Source: a virus (taxonomy: Duplodnaviria; Caudoviricetes). From it: DNA of 52,558 nt. Both the position numbers and the translations under genes were made by a program. Location of the stretch: IMG/VR virus record IMGVR_UViG_3300020351_000002, positions 1 to 52,558 of that record. One strand, written 5' to 3'. Positions 33,574 through 42,671 of this stretch are shown piece after piece. Within the stretch, counting starts at the first letter, position 1; each line of letters begins with the position of its first letter. The notes under the pieces were generated by a model. That model saw only the letters and a list, made by a program, of their open reading frames with translations, was not told the origin of the DNA and ran no database searches.

Positions 33574-35845
33574 GGGGGGCCGTCCCCTCTGCCCTCTCCC
33601 CGTAATCATCGCCAACAAGCTGCCAGCCAACAAGCCTAAATGGAGAAGGCGCGTCCTCGTCAAAGGTTCCCGCAGCCTTAGACGCCCCACCACCAATAAG
33701 CGTTTTATTGTTTAAAACACCGGCCCTAAATGTAAAGCGAATGGCCTTCGCATTAATGTCCTGAGCACCGCCTCCAGAGCCCACCTCTGCAAGATCTACG
33801 AACTTACTAACAAGCCTTCTTTCATCCCACAGCCCCGTGCCCCAAGTCCCACTACCCCAGTAGGTTGTGTCTTCATCTTTAAGCATCAGAACCGTAGAAC
33901 CTGCTGCAACACGGTTGTCCCAGTCGGTGTACCAATCAACTGTTAGCTGGATGTTGCCAGTCTGAACAAAGTACAAAAGGAGCTTGTAAAAACGCTTGTC
34001 GCTGTGGGGGTTGTCCAATTCGATCCACTCTGTGGAAAAGCTGCCGAGAAACCCCCTACCGTCTCTCGTATATGCCGTATCCCACATCAAAAGATCTGGC
34101 TCCCCCCAGTTGTTAACAGAACCAACGATAACCTCATCCTTAAGCATCGTTGCCGCTGTTACCTTCCGGTCTTTGATGACCGTAAACGCACCAGTGTCTG
34201 CATGGATTGCCCACACCTGGTTGTTTTCAACCCCTGGGTTCCCATTAACCGAGATGTAAACACGATTGTTCTGCCTGTCCGCGAACACGGTAGCCGCGTC
34301 CCTAGTGTGCTTGGGAAGCAACTGGACAGCGTCGTCAAGAGCAGAAGAAATCCTCTTGAAGCTAGAGCCGTCAAACAAATGAAAGCCAACGTCAGACATA
34401 AAGTATGTGTTGTTGTCAAAGCTGACCACGGTACGGTCACTAACCGCACCAAAAGTGGACTGAAGAGGAGTGAGCACAGGATCCTCAGCCTTGTCGTGGG
34501 TCAAGAGGTAAGCGCTTCTACGCTTAAAAACTATCGCATAGTCTTGAGCCACACCCCAGGCGGTAATCTCGTCCCCATCAGCCGTGTTTACCTCAATGAA
34601 GTTCGACACAGAAACCGCTTCCGGGAAGTTAACCTTTGAATACTTAAGAACAGACCCGCCTCCCAAATAGTACACCCTGCCCCTAAACGGGAACGCCCAC
34701 CTCGCTGGCGGAGGGGGGTTGTTCTCACCAGCAACAGGGGCTAGATGAACAGCGCTTTCCCCAATCTTTCTAACGTCGAAGTGAGACGTAGCCGCAGGAC
34801 CAAGCTTCCTGGGAAGAGCGGTTGGGGGAGCAGAACCCTCAGACCGATACAAAGACCTATACGCAATGTCTACCTGCTTAGGAGCGCTTCCAAGCCCCAA
34901 GAAGGAAACAAGCCTTCTAGCTTTAAGCTGAACGTCTCTAAAGGTCCCGTAAATCCTGTTCGAATTGACCACAAGGCCTTCATCCCGCGCCGCACGCGCC
35001 GCCTCTGGAGAGACCATTCCCTCTTCATGTGTTGGATCAATACCAACCCCAAGAAGCTCTGTGAGAATCAATTCATTAGAGACCGGGGACAGGTTGGACT
35101 CTTGTCCGTATTGATTGGTGTAGGTCTGATAGTAGGTGATCTTCCTGACAGCCGCGTCTACATCATTAAACGAATGATCTTCCCAGAAATCCCCATTAAG
35201 GGTTGGCTTAAGACTCTCTATCGTGCCGCCATTGTCTATCGGCCCACCATTGTCCCCATTACCAAGAACCAAAACAGCTGTAACCGGAGAGGGTGCCTCC
35301 CTAATGCCTACTGGAGAGGTAATCCTGCCATCCCACTTAACCGGCTCCATGCCCTCAACAAGAATGATCACAAACGGACCAACATCTACAAAGCGAGGGT
35401 AGTACCTTGGCTGAGGATCCCCATAGGCCACTTGATAAGAGTGAACAACACGAATCTTGTTGTGCTCAAGAACGGCAATGTTGATCTCTCCAGGAGAGTT
35501 CCCTGGGGCCGCAATGCCTGGGGCCGGGGTGTAGTAGGCAATCATCAACTCAGTGGTTCCCGCCGAGTTGAAAGTGCCAAGGGTAAGGATTCTACTATCC
35601 TTGCCATCAGCCACCCCAGGAAGGGGAGACAAAACCTTTGCAAACGGGCTCCTCCTAAGCCCATTCTTGTTTGGCTCCCACAAAACAAAGCGACTCATGC
35701 CGCCAATCTTCACAACCTCTCCCCGCAACGAGAAGACAACCCCATCTATGTCTGTTGCAGACCCCTTGGACTGCCAGATACGAGTGTCTATCCCCTTTAC
35801 GTTAGAGGGCTGGAAAGACTTAACCTTGCCGCGAGACCTAGACAT
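33566..35845 (-). CDS. tail nozzle / DNA stabilization protein (P22 gp10 / T7 gp12-like)
   Basis: Beta-propeller-type repeats (FRGRVY, IVFKR, YFMSDVGFHLFDG, KRFYKL); directly follows the adaptor gene. Confidence 0.75.
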   Translation of the reverse strand: MSRSRGKVKSFQPSNVKGIDTRIWQSKGSATDIDGVVFSLRGEVVKIGGMSRFVLWEPNKNGLRRSPFAKVLSPLPGVADGKDSRILTLGTFNSAGTTELMIAYYTPAPGIAAPGNSPGEINIAVLEHNKIRVVHSYQVAYGDPQPRYYPRFVDVGPFVIILVEGMEPVKWDGRITSPVGIREAPSPVTAVLVLGNGDNGGPIDNGGTIESLKPTLNGDFWEDHSFNDVDAAVRKITYYQTYTNQYGQESNLSPVSNELILTELLGVGIDPTHEEGMVSPEAARAARDEGLVVNSNRIYGTFRDVQLKARRLVSFLGLGSAPKQVDIAYRSLYRSEGSAPPTALPRKLGPAATSHFDVRKIGESAVHLAPVAGENNPPPPARWAFPFRGRVYYLGGGSVLKYSKVNFPEAVSVSNFIEVNTADGDEITAWGVAQDYAIVFKRRSAYLLTHDKAEDPVLTPLQSTFGAVSDRTVVSFDNNTYFMSDVGFHLFDGSSFKRISSALDDAVQLLPKHTRDAATVFADRQNNRVYISVNGNPGVENNQVWAIHADTGAFTVIKDRKVTAATMLKDEVIVGSVNNWGEPDLLMWDTAYTRDGRGFLGSFSTEWIELDNPHSDKRFYKLLLYFVQTGNIQLTVDWYTDWDNRVAAGSTVLMLKDEDTTYWGSGTWGTGLWDERRLVSKFVDLAEVGSGGGAQDINAKAIRFTFRAGVLNNKTLIGGGASKAAGTFDEDAPSPFRLVGWQLVGDDYGERAEGTAPRD

Positions 35846-35848
35846 TGG

Positions 35849-37084
35849 CTAACTCCCCAGAGCGCCGTACCACCAGGTCCTTTTGCCGCGAAGTCTTCTT
35901 GAACCTCTTCCAATAAGCACCCTGTCTTGAAAGCTCAGGCTGTCCGAAGAAATCATTCTTTGAATGCCAGCCTCAAACTTGGCTGTGGCCGAAGAAGCCC
36001 TTCTCTGCTCGTCTTCAGCTGTCAGCATGAGGGCCTCTGCCCCATCCAAGAGGACGCTGGAGAAGGTTGCGTCAAATAACGGCCTATCGTTGTCGTCGTC
36101 TAGAGAAGACGCCTCCATCTGATAAACCATCTGAATCTGATAGTGGGAGTTTGGTGCTGGGTAAAGGGTGAGGAACATTGAAGACCCACTGCTAGGCCCG
36201 CGAGCGCCAAGATATTCATCAGGCTCTGTGTCGGTTACAGCCATTGGAGTTGAGATGGACTCGCTCTGCATGTCGGAAAGCAGAAACGGGATCGACCCAC
36301 CAGCGGTGCTCCTGTAAAGGCGAAGGAGAAGGTCCTTCCTTGCGGAAATTGCGGGAAGGGTAACTCCGTCATGGGTTGAAGACAGGGTCACCGATGTGGA
36401 GTCACTAAGGGCAGATTCAGCGCCTGTCTGCTTGTCAACAAAGGTATACCAATACTTGTACACAGACCCAGGGGTAAGTCCTGCAACCCCAACAGATGCT
36501 GGGGTTAAGGTGCCAATTGGGGTGCGCGGCCTAAAAATAGGCTCCTTTTCCATCGCTGAATACTTTGTTGGCTGCCCAAAGGTACCCTTATCTCTGTGGT
36601 TCATCGAGGCGGGCTTGATAGCCTCAAGACTGTTGGGGAAAGAGTTTGTTCCGGTGAAAAGGACCGCCTCTACCACTGTCTGAGCGCCAAGGGGGAGAGC
36701 TATTTCATCGTAAACAATGGTGCCGGTTAGACCGGCGGCAGTTGTTCCGATGAATGGGCGATCAAGAACGCCATTCGTGCCCGTCGAATCCAGGTCTACA
36801 ACCCGGTAGAAAGACCCACCCACAACAATGCGCTTGCCAAGAACGGTTGCTGGGGGAGACGCGGCCTTCCACTCAATAGCCCTGCTCCCGCTAGACAGCG
36901 TAATACCGGACGTAGAGACAGACGCATAGGTGTTGGCCGTAAACTCTCTCCTAAGCCAACCCCACTTTCGCCTAGAGCATATGTCTAGATACGACTGGTT
37001 GATGCGCCTGTTTAGCTTTGCGTCGCTGGCGGAATAGTCCTCCCGCCGCTCTTGGAGAGCCGTTCTGAGTTCCTTGAGGTTCAC
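35849..37084 (-). CDS. head-to-tail adaptor protein with inserted domains
   Basis: MNLKELR..INQSYLDICSRRKWGWL N-terminus, LYPAP and LDDDNDRP C-terminal motifs. Confidence 0.75.
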   Translation of the reverse strand: MNLKELRTALQERREDYSASDAKLNRRINQSYLDICSRRKWGWLRREFTANTYASVSTSGITLSSGSRAIEWKAASPPATVLGKRIVVGGSFYRVVDLDSTGTNGVLDRPFIGTTAAGLTGTIVYDEIALPLGAQTVVEAVLFTGTNSFPNSLEAIKPASMNHRDKGTFGQPTKYSAMEKEPIFRPRTPIGTLTPASVGVAGLTPGSVYKYWYTFVDKQTGAESALSDSTSVTLSSTHDGVTLPAISARKDLLLRLYRSTAGGSIPFLLSDMQSESISTPMAVTDTEPDEYLGARGPSSGSSMFLTLYPAPNSHYQIQMVYQMEASSLDDDNDRPLFDATFSSVLLDGAEALMLTAEDEQRRASSATAKFEAGIQRMISSDSLSFQDRVLIGRGSRRLRGKRTWWYGALGS

Positions 37085-37121
37085 GAACGACCCTCCAAAG
37101 AGTAGGTGGGCGGGGGACTAA

Positions 37122-37559
37122 CTATGCCTTGCGGCGAAGCCGGAGGAGAACCATCCCTGACGGGAAAGCGGCTGACGCCGCAGCCTCCGAGAGATCGAGG
37201 ACGAGGACATCGCCCGCATTCACCACCTGATTCTGGTCAATGCCCAATGCGGTGCTTGTGAAAGCGGCAATGCCTCCAGAAGAAACGCTAGAGCTGTTCA
37301 GAGTTGGGGTTCCCGCGCCTGTTGCGTTAGCAATGTCCATGTCCCAGGTCGCTCCAGCGGCGGCGGTGGTATCAAAAACAATCGCGGCGCTCTCAATATA
37401 AACATCTGCGTCCATCGGGGTGTAGATGGCAATCGTCGCGCTGTCGTCGCCGCCTGAATTGGCGATTGACTCAAAGCGACAAACGACATCTTCCATAACC
37501 GAATAGCCGTAGGGAGCGTACTCCTTTGCTACTCGACTAACGTGTGTGGCTACAGCCAT
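37122..37559 (-). CDS. putative capsid decoration / virion protein
   Basis: Beta-rich small protein downstream of the MCP; AGGAG RBS. Confidence 0.7.
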   Translation of the reverse strand: MAVATHVSRVAKEYAPYGYSVMEDVVCRFESIANSGGDDSATIAIYTPMDADVYIESAAIVFDTTAAAGATWDMDIANATGAGTPTLNSSSVSSGGIAAFTSTALGIDQNQVVNAGDVLVLDLSEAAASAAFPSGMVLLRLRRKA

Positions 37560-37574
37560 TTCAATTCTCCTAGC

Positions 37575-37610
37575 TGTGTAAAGCGAGGGGCCGAAGCCCC
37601 CCGCTACACA
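37575..37610 (-). promoter_or_regulatory. stable UUCG-tetraloop hairpin (mRNA stabiliser or terminator)
   Basis: GGGGC-TTCG-GCCCC with extended stem on the - strand; no U-tract. Confidence 0.55.
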
Positions 37611-37619
37611 CGTTAGTGG

Positions 37620-38138
37620 TTAGGGAAGCCCATTAAACCAGCAACGAATACGCTGGCGCGTGTTTGTTGCCGGGTTAGGGGTGGTAACACTAGCTCCCAA
37701 AATGACAGCATGAGCGCGACTCATCTGCTGAAGGCCAGCTGCGCCAGCCGTAGAGCCAGGCGCAGCCGATGCAGCGATTGTACAACGAGCACCAAGCGTC
37801 CCAGCATTCGTCACGTTGGACACTTCGTCCCGCGAGTAAGTAACTCCGCCACCAGTATTTACGTCAAGAGAGACATCCGTAACACCAAGGATGCGGATAA
37901 TCATCTCCTCGTCGTCAGGGATCTCGTGCCCACTAGGAGCCTGCACGACGCCCATCGGCGCGTACTGACCGATTGTAGAGGCCTGCACATCAGGAATGAC
38001 TGCGTTAAACCCATCAGCCGCATCTGCATTAAGCAATGCAACCTGAACAACGTCGCCGTGCTGAAGGGAAAGCCCCGTGGTGTTCTTAACACCGATGTCC
38101 AGCGTAAGAGCTGAACCACCAAACATAAATCCAGACAT
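37620..38138 (-). CDS. putative capsid cement / decoration protein
   Basis: Immediately downstream of the MCP; GAGGAG RBS. Confidence 0.7.
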   Translation of the reverse strand: MSGFMFGGSALTLDIGVKNTTGLSLQHGDVVQVALLNADAADGFNAVIPDVQASTIGQYAPMGVVQAPSGHEIPDDEEMIIRILGVTDVSLDVNTGGGVTYSRDEVSNVTNAGTLGARCTIAASAAPGSTAGAAGLQQMSRAHAVILGASVTTPNPATNTRQRIRCWFNGLP

Positions 38139-38159
38139 TTCAGTATCTCCTCTCTCAGC

Positions 38160-39254
38160 TTAAAAGACGGGGGTGCCGCCAGCGAAGTTAACGAGACCCT
38201 GTCGCTGAAGCGAAGAGCACACAAACATGCTGGTGAAATAAGTATGACTGATGATCACATCGCTGTTGGGCGGCGTAAGGAAGTCAGTCTGGCGGAAATC
38301 GTCCGAAGACAGGATGGCAAGCTGCAGGCCAATGCCCGTTCCCTTGCCCTTAACCAGCGGGTTCTTTCCTGGAACATCCCAGTACTCAGGCTTCAGGTTG
38401 AAGTCGGTGACTCCGCGTCGGCCAGAGGTGGTCAGGAAGTAGGTCTTGCCGCTTCCAGAAAGCTCGTCGTCAGGAACAACCGGAGTGCCATTGAAGAGCA
38501 GGTTCTCGAAGCCCTGGTTCCACATTGCCACATCGCGCTCTTCCTGGTTAGGAGCAACCAGTCGCTTGAAGAAGCGATACACGGTGGGGTCAGTCAGGAT
38601 GATGTCAGGATGGGTGCCCTTCTTGGAGCAGTCCATGTAGACCTCTTCCCAAACATCCAAGCCATCAGTGCCAAAGGCAGTGATCTGCCCAAACCGATTC
38701 TGCCAAACAGCCGGGTAAGAAGACTTTTCGATCCCACCAACTGGTCCCGTCTGTGTGCCAAAGTTGGCTGCGTCAAGCATCGAGTCAAGGCCGTTAAGCT
38801 CAAGCGTATTAGCGGATGTTGCTGACTCCGCACCACCATCTGCGTACATCTGGCGGGCAAGGTCGTTGACCATGCTGATCTTGGCAATCGCCATCTTCGA
38901 CTGAAGAAGGTTCACAATCTGATACTTGCCACGATTCTGTGCAAGCTCAGTGTTGTCGATCACCATCGAGGCACGCTGCTTGTACCATGTCGGGTAACGA
39001 GCCTTGTCGGGACCCTCCTCAGGAGTGGTCGCAAACGTGGCATACGTGCCGATGGCACCCACGTTTGAAGACTCTGAGAGAACGATGGGAACACGACACT
39101 CGGTGCCGCCTTCATAGATAACTGAGCCCTGGCGATACATGTGCCAGAGGAGGGGGTTAGATTGGATGATCTCCATCGCCACCGTAGACCGCTCAGCGGC
39201 TGCGGTGGTCGAATAGACTCGATCAAATGCAATATTTGCTGTGACAGCAGGCAT
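38160..39254 (-). CDS. major capsid protein (HK97-fold)
   Basis: 364 aa after the scaffold; NPLL, GG..RVPI, PDIIL and GFENLLFNGTPVV motifs typical of P22-coat-like MCPs. Confidence 0.9.
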   Translation of the reverse strand: MPAVTANIAFDRVYSTTAAAERSTVAMEIIQSNPLLWHMYRQGSVIYEGGTECRVPIVLSESSNVGAIGTYATFATTPEEGPDKARYPTWYKQRASMVIDNTELAQNRGKYQIVNLLQSKMAIAKISMVNDLARQMYADGGAESATSANTLELNGLDSMLDAANFGTQTGPVGGIEKSSYPAVWQNRFGQITAFGTDGLDVWEEVYMDCSKKGTHPDIILTDPTVYRFFKRLVAPNQEERDVAMWNQGFENLLFNGTPVVPDDELSGSGKTYFLTTSGRRGVTDFNLKPEYWDVPGKNPLVKGKGTGIGLQLAILSSDDFRQTDFLTPPNSDVIISHTYFTSMFVCSSLQRQGLVNFAGGTPVF

Positions 39255-39269
39255 TTTCTATTCCTTAAG

Positions 39270-40076
39270 CTAGAAGCCGTCTGGGTTCATGCCAGCTTCC
39301 TTGAGGGCTCTGGTAGCAGCCTCCAACATGCTTTCTTTGCGATGTTGAACAACCGTACCACTCCTCGCAGAAACAGGCGCGGCCTGTCTACGCTTCTTAG
39401 TTTTTTGCTTCGTGACAACCGCCTTCAACTCTGCCTGTGCAACACGGGCAGCTAGACGAATGGCGGCACTTGGGTTGGCTTGCGCCAACTCGCTGAGCTG
39501 TGGGTCGTTGTCGATGACCTGTCCAGCAAGTGGGGCAAGTTTTTGGTGATCAAGACCAGGGTTTTCTGCCGCAAAAGATCGATAGGCAGAAGTAACCCTC
39601 TCTCGATGTGCAACTGGTTGCATCTCTTCGGCAAGCCTGCCTACTCCAGTTGATTCCAAGGCCTTTTTAACCTCCTGTTGAACGTAGTAAGAAATAACGT
39701 CCTCAGGGCTTGCTCCATTCGCCATGTCAGGCGGGGGATCCTCGACCTGCTCAGGCTTAGGTGGGTCCTCCTGACCAGCCCTAGACATCAAGGCTGCATT
39801 TGCAGCATCGATAGAATCGAAGTATTTCTTTTCAAGATCAGACAGGCGCTGCATTCGTTTAGTGAATGCCCCCTGCATGCTCTTGTAGGTAGACTTCAAC
39901 TCCTCCGGGAGTTCTTCAGGGTTTCCATTCCAAAAGGCATCTTCATCGTGGCTATCAGACTCGCTTGCAAGTTGCTCGTCGTCACCACCAACATCGGCTA
40001 CCTCTTCTCCGGTTTCTTCAGAGTTGTCCTCGTATGGGATCTCTTCGGAATTATCGGCGGGCGTCTCTGCTGTCAT
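39270..40076 (-). CDS. capsid scaffolding protein
   Basis: Acidic N-terminus, LPEELK..YKSMQGAFTKR motif, directly upstream of the MCP; GGAGG RBS. Confidence 0.8.
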   Translation of the reverse strand: MTAETPADNSEEIPYEDNSEETGEEVADVGGDDEQLASESDSHDEDAFWNGNPEELPEELKSTYKSMQGAFTKRMQRLSDLEKKYFDSIDAANAALMSRAGQEDPPKPEQVEDPPPDMANGASPEDVISYYVQQEVKKALESTGVGRLAEEMQPVAHRERVTSAYRSFAAENPGLDHQKLAPLAGQVIDNDPQLSELAQANPSAAIRLAARVAQAELKAVVTKQKTKKRRQAAPVSARSGTVVQHRKESMLEAATRALKEAGMNPDGF

Positions 40077-40150
40077 GGCTCCTCCAAACGCTTAAATGCG
40101 TGTGGATATTAGGAGTTCAACTACTAACTTTTGTCAAGTACCATCGAACA

Positions 40151-42121
40151 ATGTCAGACGAAAACATCACAATCGAATTGTCTAAAGAAGAAACCTCTGA
40201 GTGGTCCCGCCGCATCATGGAGTCTGAAAAGCTCCTTGAGGACAACCACCTGCCATATTGGAGAGCCATTCAAAGGTCGTATTCTGCGGAAACGGATGAG
40301 GAAGTCCTTGGTGCTGGAGGGCTCGAATATGAAGACGAGCAAAGGATCCAATTCAACTTCCTGTTGTCCAACGCAAACACAATCATACCTGGAGTCATAT
40401 CGGCTAACCCGCATATCTATGTGAAGCCAAGAAGGCCGGGTGACAAAGAGTCTGCCAGGATTGCAGAAAGCGCTCTCAACTACATTTGGAGGGAGATTGG
40501 GGGCAACAAAACCACCAGGTCTGTTGTTCTAGACACCCTTTTGTTTGGGCTTGGGGTGGCCAAGATTGGATACGATTCAAGTGACTCGTTTTATATTGAA
40601 GAAGATTATGACTCTGGCCCTGAAAAAGACGAGCCGGGAGATGAAGATCCGCTTACCGGGGTTCAAAGACGACAGCTACGAAGGCTCCTTGCGGCTGAAG
40701 AGCTTGTGCTTGACGAGGGGCCACAAGACAACCCAACGGTGACAAGGGTTGCGCCGTGGGACCTAATCATCCCCCCCGGATACGCAGATCTAAAACAGTG
40801 TCCCTGGGTCTGCGAACGAATGGTTGTTCGACTTGATGACCTCAAAAGAGACGAGAGGTTCTCTCTGCCACCAGACATTGAAGCAGATTCTTGGCTTAGC
40901 GAGGCCGTTCCACAGTCACTAAGCGGAGAAACCCCATCTAACAACATAGAACACCCCGAAATGCCTCCTGACTACATCGTCCTTTACGAGATTCGTTATT
41001 GGAGGCAAACAGACAACGGCCTGCGCCGATATGTGATGTGGATGACCAGGGCTTCTGGACTTGGCACAGAGTCACCAACCATCGTTCGCCACATACAAGA
41101 CCCGCTAGAAATGCGTGGATACCCATACGAGGTGATGCGCTTTGTCGATGTTCCGAACAACTTCTACAGCACAAGGGTTTCTGACCTTGCGGCAATTAAA
41201 GACATCTCTGACCGACTCAACGACGAGTGGGCCTACATCCTTAGGCACCACCGGCTGTCTTCAAGGAGGAAGTTTGTTACAGCCCCTGGAGCCCTAGAAA
41301 GCGGTCAGCTTGCTGGCCTTCTTGAGTCTGACGAGGACATGGACGTTGCTGAGTTACCGGCCAGTGTCGCCCGCATCCAAGACGCAATCATGCTGCTCCC
41401 AGAGGCCCCTCCACCCAGCACAACCCCGATGGTCATCCAGGGACTGGCCAAGCTCATGTACGAAATATCTGGAATTGATGTGTTCCAGCGAGGAGGCTCT
41501 AGTCGAAAGGGGACCACCGCCACTGAGGTGGCCATTGCATCAGCGGCTACTCGCGGTCGAGTTGGCATGCGCCTAGAGGCCACAGAGAACTTTGTTTCCT
41601 CAATCTCCAGAAAGATCCTGGCGATCATTCGTCAATACTGGGACGAGATCAGGTACATGAGGATTGATGGAGAAAACGGAGACGACGAGTTCATATCCTT
41701 CACCTCCTCCGACATCCAGGGCTTTTACGATGTAACCGTGCAAGCCGGATCTACCGTTCCCACAGACCCTGCAGAAGAACAACGAGCCTTTATGGGCCTA
41801 CTACAAACCATTCAGGGGGTGTCAGCAACACTGGCCCCTCTCGTGCAGGCAGGAGCGATGCCTCCAGACTCAATCCAGAACTTTATGGACAAGGCCTTTA
41901 CCGTGTGGAGACAGGACAAGCGTGCCCTTGCTGGACCGCTATCTCAGCTGCAAGGGGCAGCAATGGGAGCAGCGTCACCGCAAAGCGCTCCACAGGAGCC
42001 GCAAGAACAAGGGGTACAGGACATCGGAATGGGGGCAGACGGTCAGGCCCTGGCAGGGACTGGCCCCAGGGAGGTTGCACCCGGTAGCCCAGACGCCATA
42101 ATCAACAGATTCCAAACTTAA
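40151..42121 (+). CDS. portal protein
   Basis: About 656 aa from ATG 40151; GLGVAKIG, RVAPWD, YEISG..QRG and TATEV motifs; Q/A/G-rich tail. Confidence 0.9.
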   Translation: MSDENITIELSKEETSEWSRRIMESEKLLEDNHLPYWRAIQRSYSAETDEEVLGAGGLEYEDEQRIQFNFLLSNANTIIPGVISANPHIYVKPRRPGDKESARIAESALNYIWREIGGNKTTRSVVLDTLLFGLGVAKIGYDSSDSFYIEEDYDSGPEKDEPGDEDPLTGVQRRQLRRLLAAEELVLDEGPQDNPTVTRVAPWDLIIPPGYADLKQCPWVCERMVVRLDDLKRDERFSLPPDIEADSWLSEAVPQSLSGETPSNNIEHPEMPPDYIVLYEIRYWRQTDNGLRRYVMWMTRASGLGTESPTIVRHIQDPLEMRGYPYEVMRFVDVPNNFYSTRVSDLAAIKDISDRLNDEWAYILRHHRLSSRRKFVTAPGALESGQLAGLLESDEDMDVAELPASVARIQDAIMLLPEAPPPSTTPMVIQGLAKLMYEISGIDVFQRGGSSRKGTTATEVAIASAATRGRVGMRLEATENFVSSISRKILAIIRQYWDEIRYMRIDGENGDDEFISFTSSDIQGFYDVTVQAGSTVPTDPAEEQRAFMGLLQTIQGVSATLAPLVQAGAMPPDSIQNFMDKAFTVWRQDKRALAGPLSQLQGAAMGAASPQSAPQEPQEQGVQDIGMGADGQALAGTGPREVAPGSPDAIINRFQT

Positions 42122-42131
42122 GGGAGATGAG

Positions 42132-42671
42132 ATGAGAATCTACAACATGCGGTGCACCCACGATCTCTGCGGAAGGGCCTTTGACTGGCACACGAAGTGG
42201 GGCTTGTATGAGGCCAGCAAAAGAGACAACTTCAAGGATGTCCGCTGTTGGCACTGCGGTCGCCTTGGAGCTACCAGAGCCTGGAATCACGCTGTTCCAG
42301 ACCTGACGGTAAAAGGAACCTGGGGGAAGAACGCCAGCCCTGAGCTTCGTGGAAAAGACTACTACGGGAAGGGCGAGTACCAGTCCCAGGTGGCCTTGTC
42401 TGGATCAAAGGTTGTTGACAGTGGTCAAGACCGTGGGGTGCGAACACCAGTAGACCAGACCAGAGAGTCGGTAAGAGACGCTGCTAGAGAAAAGATCACA
42501 AGCCTTCTTATCGAGCGCGGAGAGATGCGCCTGAAGGACATTGTCAAAGAAAGCGGACTTAAGGATCACATCGTTCACGACGTTATCTACAAAGACCCAG
42601 GCAGAATCCACAAGGTTGGAAGAGGAACCTACGGCCTTACTGGCGTCTCCTCCCAGACAAGCGCCTCTTGA
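42132..42671 (+). CDS. FmdB-like zinc-ribbon protein with C-terminal winged HTH
   Basis: MRIYNMRC...C, CWHCG; GEMRLKDIV...KVGRGTYGL wHTH-like end. Confidence 0.7.
   Translation: MRIYNMRCTHDLCGRAFDWHTKWGLYEASKRDNFKDVRCWHCGRLGATRAWNHAVPDLTVKGTWGKNASPELRGKDYYGKGEYQSQVALSGSKVVDSGQDRGVRTPVDQTRESVRDAAREKITSLLIERGEMRLKDIVKESGLKDHIVHDVIYKDPGRIHKVGRGTYGLTGVSSQTSAS

Noticed and set aside
13933-39455. Long + strand ORFs such as 13933-14853, 19449-20324, 26997-27836 and 34745-35902
   Set aside because: Antisense shadows of well-supported - strand genes, with no RBS or motifs.
39965-40150. N-terminal extension of the portal ORF in the ORF track
   Set aside because: Overlaps the scaffold gene on the opposite strand; ATG 40151 gives a normal portal start.
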